Assembly: GCA_963823555.1 (NCBI GenBank)
Contig: CAWGMA010000001.1
Span: 160,001-224,000, forward strand
Source of the DNA: Candidatus Eiseniibacteriota bacterium
GTDB taxonomy: Bacteria; Eisenbacteria; RBG-16-71-46; CAVPCR01
Direction: 5' to 3'
DNA: 64,000 bases
This document shows positions 57,365 through 64,000 of this stretch, one piece after another (positions within the stretch are counted from its first letter, which is position 1; each line of letters begins with the position of its first letter). A program made the position numbers and the translations under genes. The notes beneath the pieces were generated by a model. It had not been told where the DNA came from. It did no database searches and saw nothing but the letters and a program-made list of their open reading frames with translations.

Positions 57365-60300
57365 GTGAGGCTCCACCTCTGGCTGCTTGCCATCGCTTTC
57401 GCCGGCGCGCCGCGGGCTCTAGCCGCCGGGTCCGGGGCGGACGATCCCGGGCTCATCGTGCGTTTCCGGGCTGCGGCCCAGCGGGACGCCGGGAGCCCCT
57501 CCAGCGCGAAGCCGCGAATCGACCGCCTCGTCGAGCGCATGGCCGAGCTCGCACCGCGTGCGGCCCCGGCCTTCCCCGGCGTGCGTGCAGCGCTCGACGC
57601 CGGGCGCACCGGAGCGCGGGGGGGGGCCTTCCCGGCTCCCGTGGTTCTGGCCCGGGCGGCCGATCTGGCGGACATCTTCGTCCTCCGTTTCACCGATGCG
57701 CGGGCGCGCGATGATGCTGCCGATCGTCTCGCTCACGATCCGGACGTGCTCTATGTGGAACCGCTGTTTGCCATCGCCGTCACACGTCCCGGCTCCCTTG
57801 CGGGTGATCGCCGTGATCTCGATGCCGAGGTGCAAGGTGGAGCGGGAGTCGTTCCCGAGGACAGTCTCTATGCCGAGCAATGGGCTCTGCCCCAGATCGG
57901 CATGCCGGAGGTCTGGGCTGGTGGCACCGGAACACCAGGCATCCTGGTCGGCATCGTCGACACGGGCATCGAGGCTGACCATCCCGACCTGTCTCCCAAC
58001 CTGGCCGAGAACGCCCTTGAGGCACAAGGCCTCCCTGGTATCGATGATGATGAGAACGGCTTTGTCGACGACATCCGCGGCTGGAACTTCCTTGCCGGGA
58101 ACTCCGATGTCGAAGATGGGTTCGGCCATGGTTCCCACATCGCGGGGTTGATCGGCGCCGCCGCCGATGGCCGCGGCACGGTCGGCGTGACCTGGCAGGT
58201 TGGACTGCTCCCTGTACGGATGTTCGATGATGCCGGGCGCGGTACGAACCTGGCCGGGGCCCAGGGCATCACCTACGCGGCCGATCGCGGCGCTCACATC
58301 ATCAACATGAGCTGGGGGACGAGCCGGTTGTCGCGCGTGATCGAGGATGCCGTGGCCTATGCCTCGGCGGCGGGGGCGGTGCTGGTCGCGTCGGCGGGAA
58401 ACTCGGGAGACCGCATCACGGAGAACTTCCCCGCAGCCTTCGATCAGGTGATCGCCGTCGGTGCCACCACCGCCACCGATGCCGTGGCCGGTTTCTCGAA
58501 CCGCGGGCCACGACTCGATCTGGTGGCCCCAGGCGTGGACATCCTGAGCACACAGCGCGGCGGCTACTCCGTGCTCTCCGGAACATCCCAGTCGGCCGCG
58601 CTGGTGAGCGGTGTGCTGGCTCATCTCCGTTATCGCCATCCCGAACTGGAGGCGGAGGAACTCCGCTCCGTTCTGCGCCTGGCCGCCCTCGATCTCGGTC
58701 GTCCGGGCTGGGACCCGGCCTTCGGTGCCGGCCGCCTCGATGCCGCGAGCGCCCTCGCCATGCCCTCCGCACCGGTGGCCGCCATTTCCACTCCGCGCAC
58801 TCTGGACGCCGTGGCGGGAGATTGGCTCGACGTGGTCGCCGATGCGCTGCCGGGATCCGGCGTCGCCGGCGTGGCGAGCTACGGGCTCGACATCGGCGAC
58901 AACGATGATCCGCTCGTCTTCATGACGGTGGCGGAGGGGAGCGGCGGATCCAGCCGATGGCTCGGCCGGATCCCGCTCGCATCGCGGGCGGAAGGGGAAC
59001 TGACCGTGCGGCTCCGGGTTCGCGATGCCACGCAGCGCGAAGCCGAAGACCGCGTGCTCATTCGGATCGATCGGTCCGCCCCTACGCTGCTCAAGCACGA
59101 GCACGTCGATCGCCTGGCCGGGAGGAGTCTCGAACAGCTCATCCGTTACGTGGCCGACGAGCCTGTCACGGGCCATGTCCACCTGCGCGAGGCGGGCACG
59201 GACGGCGAGTTCATCAGCATTTCCTCCTTCGATGGCGCCCCGGATCACGTCGCCCTCCTCTCCAATCTGTACCCGGGCGGCTACGAGTATGTGATCGATC
59301 TCGATGATTACGCCGGCTTCACGACCCGGGTCGATGCCGGAGATGGCGCGTTCTTCGTGCGCGACGTGATCCCGCTCATCGACATCCCGGAGCAAGGGTA
59401 CGTGCCCTGGGCGCGCATCCCGGGTTTCGAACTCGGCGCCGTAGCCGATCTGGATCAGAGCGGCGTGCCTGAGCTCCTCGGAGAGGCCCGCGGCCAGGGG
59501 GGCGCGGCGCAGCTCACCGTGCTTGCGATCAGCGGACTTCATCCGGATGCTCCCGAGTTCGATGTCATCTATCGAGGCGATTCGGGCCTGCCGGTCGCGG
59601 TGCGCGATGTGGACGGCGACGGCCGCCCGGAGGTACTGGTGGCCGACGATGATCTGTCGCTATGGAGTGACCTGATCGCTCCGGGAGGGCCCCAGGTTCT
59701 CTGGCGAAGCCCGCTCGGAGACCGGCGCGCAGGCGGGGTGCTCAGCGATGTCGATGGCGATCAGGCGATCGAGGTCATCTTCGCTACCGTGCAGGGCGCT
59801 CGCCTGACTGCGTTCGAATGGAATGGGAGCGCGTTCGATTCGCTGGATCTCGGCTTCACGCGGCCCACGCGGGCCGCCGGATTCGCCGCTGCGGACTACG
59901 ATGGCGATGGCCAGGGCGAGATCGTGCTCGGCAGCCTGGCCGGGGAGCTGGTGGCCGTCGAGGCTCGCTCCGGCCGATACGTGGAGACGGTGCGGGAGCC
60001 GTTCCTCGGTGGTGTCGCCAATGCCATCACGGCGACTCATGTCGGCGACGGCGATGGCGACGGTCGGATCGAGTTCGCCATTTCAGCTGTCGGCGCCCTC
60101 CTCGACCGCGAGCAACGACCGGCCATCGCGGTCTTCGAGGCTTCAGGCGACGATACCTACGTCCCGGTCTCGCGCCACGAGTTCCGCGACAAGAACACGC
60201 CCTACGACAACGCGCTCGCGGCCGGTGATGCGGACGGTGACGACCGGCCGGAGATCGTCGTTGCTCAGGCGGGGAACGTCTATCTGCTGGATGCCGATCG

Positions 60301-61057
60301 CGACGATCGGTTTCTTCCCGTGTGGGCGGCGCCCCGGGCCCAGGGCGGGCGGGTCTTCCTGGCCGATCTCGATGGGGACGCGGTGGCCGAGATCCTGGTC
60401 ACCGAGCGAATCGCCGAGATGCCGGTGACGACGATCTACTCGCGCGCGGTTGCGCAGGAAGCGGGTCTGGTCTGGGAGGCGGTGCAGCACCCCCTGGGCA
60501 ACGAGATTCGATGGGAGGCTCCTCCTCTGGACGTGGAAATCGATGATCTGGCTCTGTACCGTCTCCCCGAAGGCTCCGGGTCCGGGCTCGAGAGCGATCT
60601 GGCTCCCTACCGCATCTATACGCAGCCCGGCGAGTTGATGGCCGCTGCCAGCTTCCGGGACGAGGATGTTCCCCCGGCTCCGTTGCCGTATCTTCTTGCC
60701 TATACCATCGATGATGGCGAGGTCCGCCTCCGTGTGCTCGAGGGGCCGCAGGCGGCTCAAGCGCAGCCCGGCGCTCCCTCGATCCTCTTCCTCGCCCCCC
60801 ACCCCAACCCGGCGCCCAGTGCGATCACGATTCCCATCGCCCTGGCCGAGCCTGGCGAGGTGGTCATCGGCGTCTATGACGTCGCCGGTCGCCTGCGGCG
60901 CGACCTCTATCAAGGATCCCTTCCTGCCGGGCGAACGAGCCTCATCTGGGACGGGCGTGACGATCAGGGTCATCGCCTGGCCCGGGGGGTCTATTTCGTG
61001 CGCACGAGATCGCCCCTCGGCGAGCCTTCCGTGCGCGTCGTGCTCCTCGGCTCGTGA
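57365..61057 (+). CDS. S8 subtilase with FG-GAP repeats and an FlgD-Ig C-terminal domain
   Basis: IVDTG / GHGSH / SGTSQ; DxDGDG repeats; PNP...YDVAGRLRR...WDGRDDQG...GVYF; start uncertain. Confidence 0.85.
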   Translation: MRLHLWLLAIAFAGAPRALAAGSGADDPGLIVRFRAAAQRDAGSPSSAKPRIDRLVERMAELAPRAAPAFPGVRAALDAGRTGARGGAFPAPVVLARAADLADIFVLRFTDARARDDAADRLAHDPDVLYVEPLFAIAVTRPGSLAGDRRDLDAEVQGGAGVVPEDSLYAEQWALPQIGMPEVWAGGTGTPGILVGIVDTGIEADHPDLSPNLAENALEAQGLPGIDDDENGFVDDIRGWNFLAGNSDVEDGFGHGSHIAGLIGAAADGRGTVGVTWQVGLLPVRMFDDAGRGTNLAGAQGITYAADRGAHIINMSWGTSRLSRVIEDAVAYASAAGAVLVASAGNSGDRITENFPAAFDQVIAVGATTATDAVAGFSNRGPRLDLVAPGVDILSTQRGGYSVLSGTSQSAALVSGVLAHLRYRHPELEAEELRSVLRLAALDLGRPGWDPAFGAGRLDAASALAMPSAPVAAISTPRTLDAVAGDWLDVVADALPGSGVAGVASYGLDIGDNDDPLVFMTVAEGSGGSSRWLGRIPLASRAEGELTVRLRVRDATQREAEDRVLIRIDRSAPTLLKHEHVDRLAGRSLEQLIRYVADEPVTGHVHLREAGTDGEFISISSFDGAPDHVALLSNLYPGGYEYVIDLDDYAGFTTRVDAGDGAFFVRDVIPLIDIPEQGYVPWARIPGFELGAVADLDQSGVPELLGEARGQGGAAQLTVLAISGLHPDAPEFDVIYRGDSGLPVAVRDVDGDGRPEVLVADDDLSLWSDLIAPGGPQVLWRSPLGDRRAGGVLSDVDGDQAIEVIFATVQGARLTAFEWNGSAFDSLDLGFTRPTRAAGFAAADYDGDGQGEIVLGSLAGELVAVEARSGRYVETVREPFLGGVANAITATHVGDGDGDGRIEFAISAVGALLDREQRPAIAVFEASGDDTYVPVSRHEFRDKNTPYDNALAAGDADGDDRPEIVVAQAGNVYLLDADRDDRFLPVWAAPRAQGGRVFLADLDGDAVAEILVTERIAEMPVTTIYSRAVAQEAGLVWEAVQHPLGNEIRWEAPPLDVEIDDLALYRLPEGSGSGLESDLAPYRIYTQPGELMAAASFRDEDVPPAPLPYLLAYTIDDGEVRLRVLEGPQAAQAQPGAPSILFLAPHPNPAPSAITIPIALAEPGEVVIGVYDVAGRLRRDLYQGSLPAGRTSLIWDGRDDQGHRLARGVYFVRTRSPLGEPSVRVVLLGS

Positions 61058-61088
61058 CCACCGAGACCCCTTCGTGCCGGGCAAATCG

Positions 61089-61187
61089 TTGTCAAATCTC
61101 GCACAACGCCTTCATTCCGGACATCCGGGATCAGGTCCGCGGGGGGCACGGAAGTGGGTCCTGATCGTCTTGTGACATCTTCCACGG
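61089..61187. promoter_or_regulatory. Two Rex-box-like sites upstream of the nuo operon
   Basis: TTGTCAAATCTCGCACAA (61089-61106) and TTGTGACATCTTCCACGG (61170-61187) versus consensus TTGTGAA-N4-TTCACAA; -10 TAGACT at 61194. Confidence 0.5.
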
Positions 61188-61324
61188 CCGTGGTAGACTC
61201 GCGCGCTCGTTGGTGAGTTTCCGGCGCCGGCTCCGGTCGCAGGCCGGGTGAGGTGCCTGGAACCCAGGCGAGCTTGAGGCCCCCAGGGGGGCGGGTGGTT
61301 CAGGGCCGTGGGGGGGGAGTCGCG

Positions 61325-61783
61325 ATGCTCTTCGACTTCGCCAACGTTCTCGTCTTCTTCGCACTCGGCGCGATCTTCGTGTTTGGCGCGCTCGTGGTGT
61401 CCCGCCTGGTTCATCCCGTCTACCGCACTCCCGAGAAGCTCATGAACTACGAGTGCGGTGAAGATCCCGTCGGCTCTCCCTGGGTCAAGTTCAACATCCG
61501 TTTCTACATGGTGGCCCTCGGCTTCATCATCTTCGATGTCGAGACCGTGTTCCTCTTCCCGTGGGCGGTGGTCTTCAAGGAGCTCGGTCTCTTTGCCTTC
61601 GTCGAGATGATGATCTTCGTGGCGATCCTGCTCGTCGGTCTGGCCTACATCTGGGCCAAGGGGGACATCGAGTGGGTCAAGCCGCGTCCGCCATGGATCG
61701 AGGGCAAGGGGACGGCTGAGCCCGAGGGGGCCATGCCGGATGCAGTCGTGGGCCGCGAGCGAGAGATGAGCTATGCCGAATGA
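61325..61783 (+). CDS. nuoA: NADH-quinone oxidoreductase subunit A
   Basis: YECGEDP, FIIFDVE and WAKG. Confidence 0.95.
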   Translation: MLFDFANVLVFFALGAIFVFGALVVSRLVHPVYRTPEKLMNYECGEDPVGSPWVKFNIRFYMVALGFIIFDVETVFLFPWAVVFKELGLFAFVEMMIFVAILLVGLAYIWAKGDIEWVKPRPPWIEGKGTAEPEGAMPDAVVGREREMSYAE

Positions 61784-62333
61784 GACCGCGGCCCCGGGGC
61801 TCGTCGCCATCAGTCGCGATGGGGGGCCGAAGAGCCTGATCGACAATCGATTCGAAGAGAACGTGATCGTCACCTCAGCCGATTGGCTCATGAACTGGGG
61901 ACGACTCTCTTCGCTGTGGCCGATGCTCTTCGGGCTGGCTTGCTGCGCCATCGAGATGATGGCGACCGGTGCCGGCCGCTACGACCTCGACCGCTTCGGG
62001 GCGGGAGCCTTTCGCGCCACCCCCCGCCAGGCCGATCTCATGATCGTGGCGGGAACGGTGACCCACAAGATGGCCGTGCGCATCAAGCGCCTCTACGAGC
62101 AGATGGCCGAACCGAAGTACGTCATTGCCATGGGCAGCTGCGCTTCCGGCGGCGGGCCGTATTTCAAGTACGGCTACCATGTGGTCAAGGGCGTGGACCT
62201 CGTGGTCCCGGTGGATGTTTATGTCCCCGGCTGCCCGCCGCGTCCGGAGCAGCTCCTGGAGGGGCTCCTCTGCTTGCAGCAGAAGATTCGCGAGAAGTCG
62301 ATCGCCAAGACCAACTCGACGCCAGCGAGGTAA
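61773..62333 (+). CDS. nuoB: NADH-quinone oxidoreductase subunit B
   Basis: [15 protein letters not shown] and PGCPPRPE. Confidence 0.95.
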   Translation: MPNETAAPGLVAISRDGGPKSLIDNRFEENVIVTSADWLMNWGRLSSLWPMLFGLACCAIEMMATGAGRYDLDRFGAGAFRATPRQADLMIVAGTVTHKMAVRIKRLYEQMAEPKYVIAMGSCASGGGPYFKYGYHVVKGVDLVVPVDVYVPGCPPRPEQLLEGLLCLQQKIREKSIAKTNSTPAR

Positions 62334-62377
62334 GGTCGGGGAGAGGGGCAGGGAGGAGCGCCTGGGTGCGCCGAGGG

Positions 62378-62857
62378 ATGGAGATGGAGCCAGGTCAGAT
62401 CGCAGAACTCCTGACGGCACGATTCGGCGACGCGATTCGCGAAGTCAAGATCGACGTGCCCGATCCCGGCGTCATGGTCGACCCGTCTCGCGTCGTCGAG
62501 ATCGGTCTCTTCCTCAGGGACACGCCGGAGATCGATTTGAAGAGCCTCATGTGTCTCTCTGGCGTCGACTACGGCGACCGTCTGGGTGTGGCCTATCACC
62601 TGCACTCGTTCACCCGGCGCCATCGCTTCTGCATGAAGGTCGATCTGCCCCACGAGCCCGGAGCGGCGCGACTGCCGAGCGTCGCCGCGGTGTGGCCGGC
62701 AGCCAACTGGCATGAGCGCGAGGCCTACGACCTCGTGGGGATCATCTTCGAAGGCCACCCCGATCTCCGGCGGATCCTCCTTCCCGACGACTGGGAAGGG
62801 CATCCGTTACGCAAGGACTACCAGTTTCCGCGAACCTGGCGGGAAATCCCCATCTGA
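62378..62857 (+). CDS. nuoC: NADH-quinone oxidoreductase subunit C
   Basis: ANWHEREAYDLVGI.FEGHPDLRRIL...GHPLRKDY. Confidence 0.93.
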   Translation: MEMEPGQIAELLTARFGDAIREVKIDVPDPGVMVDPSRVVEIGLFLRDTPEIDLKSLMCLSGVDYGDRLGVAYHLHSFTRRHRFCMKVDLPHEPGAARLPSVAAVWPAANWHEREAYDLVGIIFEGHPDLRRILLPDDWEGHPLRKDYQFPRTWREIPI

Positions 62858-62865
62858 GGCGGCGC

Positions 62866-64000
62866 ATGACGACGACGGGCCCGAGCAGCTTGCAGAGCGG
62901 ACTCCGCACCGAGGAAATGGTGCTCAACATGGGGCCGCAGCACCCTTCGACCCACGGTGTGCTCCGGCTCCAGCTTGTTACCGATGGCGAGGTGGTGACT
63001 GAGGCCGAGCCGCACATCGGCTATCTGCATCGCTGCGCCGAGAAGATCGGCGAGAACGTCAACTACCAGCAGTTCACTCCCTACACCGACCGCATGGACT
63101 ACCTGGCGGGGATGAACTGCAATCACTCCTATGTGCACGCCGTCGAGCGTCTGATGGGGCTCAAGATCCCGGAGCGCGCCGAGACCATTCGCATCCTCGT
63201 CCTCGAGCTGAACCGGATCGCGAGTCACCTCGTTGCCTGGGGAACCTATGGGCTCGACATGGGAGCCTTCACCCCGTTCTTCTACTCCTTCCGGGAGCGA
63301 GAGCGGGTGCTCGACCTGTTCGAGGAGCTGTGCGGGGCTCGCCTCACCTACAACTACGTGCGCATCGGTGGGGTGATGGCGGATCTCACCCCGGGCTGGC
63401 TCGGCAAGGTCGAGCAATTCCTCGATTACTTCTCCCCCAAGATCGACGAGTACGACGAGCTCCTCTCCTACAACAAGATCTTCATCAAACGCACGGCCAA
63501 TGTCGGTGTGCTTCCGGCCGATCTGGCCATCGCCTACGGCGTCACGGGGCCCAATCTGCGCGGCTCCGGCGTCAAGTGGGATGTGCGCAAGGACGAGCCC
63601 TACTCGATCTACGATCGCTTCGATTTCGATGTCCCGGTGGGTCGCGGGGCGATGGGGACCGTCGGCGATTGCTGGGATCGATACATGGTGCGCATCCACG
63701 AGATGCGCGAATCCGTGAAGATCCTGCGACAGGCCATGGTCGGAATCCCCGAGGGACCCGTGATCGCGGAGGAAGTCGGCAAGACCATCAAGGTGCCGGC
63801 CGGAGAACTCTACACTCGCGTCGAGAATCCGCGCGGTGAGATGGGTGTCTGGATCGTGGCCGGGGGGAAGGACACGGCGATCCGCTGCAAGGTGCGAGCG
63901 CCGTCCTTCTGCTCGATGAGCGTTTTCAAGGAGATCTCGCGCGGTGCGATGCTCGCTGACCTGGTCGCGATCGTCGGCAGCTTCGACATCGTGCTCGGTG
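62866..64000 (+). CDS. nuoD: NADH-quinone oxidoreductase subunit D (3' partial)
   Basis: Manual translation gives LNMGPQHPSTHGVLRL...GYLHR..EK; runs off the window. Confidence 0.95.
   Translation, partial: MTTTGPSSLQSGLRTEEMVLNMGPQHPSTHGVLRLQLVTDGEVVTEAEPHIGYLHRCAEKIGENVNYQQFTPYTDRMDYLAGMNCNHSYVHAVERLMGLKIPERAETIRILVLELNRIASHLVAWGTYGLDMGAFTPFFYSFRERERVLDLFEELCGARLTYNYVRIGGVMADLTPGWLGKVEQFLDYFSPKIDEYDELLSYNKIFIKRTANVGVLPADLAIAYGVTGPNLRGSGVKWDVRKDEPYSIYDRFDFDVPVGRGAMGTVGDCWDRYMVRIHEMRESVKILRQAMVGIPEGPVIAEEVGKTIKVPAGELYTRVENPRGEMGVWIVAGGKDTAIRCKVRAPSFCSMSVFKEISRGAMLADLVAIVGSFDIVLG

Overview
High-GC bacterial chromosomal segment with about 42 genes and no rRNA, tRNA, CRISPR array or recognisable mobile element. 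The PorV-like protein, FlgD/T9SS-type C-terminal domains, FG-GAP proteases and a 'TWGxIK' C-terminal motif suggest an FCB-related candidate lineage such as Eisenbacteria, Krumholzibacteriota or Latescibacterota (inference). Housekeeping genes include rlmN, holB, ftcD, asnB, csrA, rho, lpxH-like, amiC-like and nuoABCD. There is also a cluster of secreted proteases, a MacAB-like cluster and a sigma54 two-component system. The most striking element is a compact module at about 7530-14316. It has four parts: (1) a small secreted pro-peptide with a duplicated GDPDE motif; (2) a TPR-GAF-AAA+-HTH sigma54 activator; (3) a sigma54 promoter followed by an unannotated, highly structured ~285-nt non-coding RNA with a 9-bp kissing loop, a second possible pseudoknot and its own terminator; (4) a second sigma54 promoter driving a lipoprotein and a DUF4384-like/CxxCH gene pair. 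This is proposed as a candidate peptide-signal -> enhancer-binding protein -> structured-RNA regulatory system. All calls are from manual motif reading; no searches were run.
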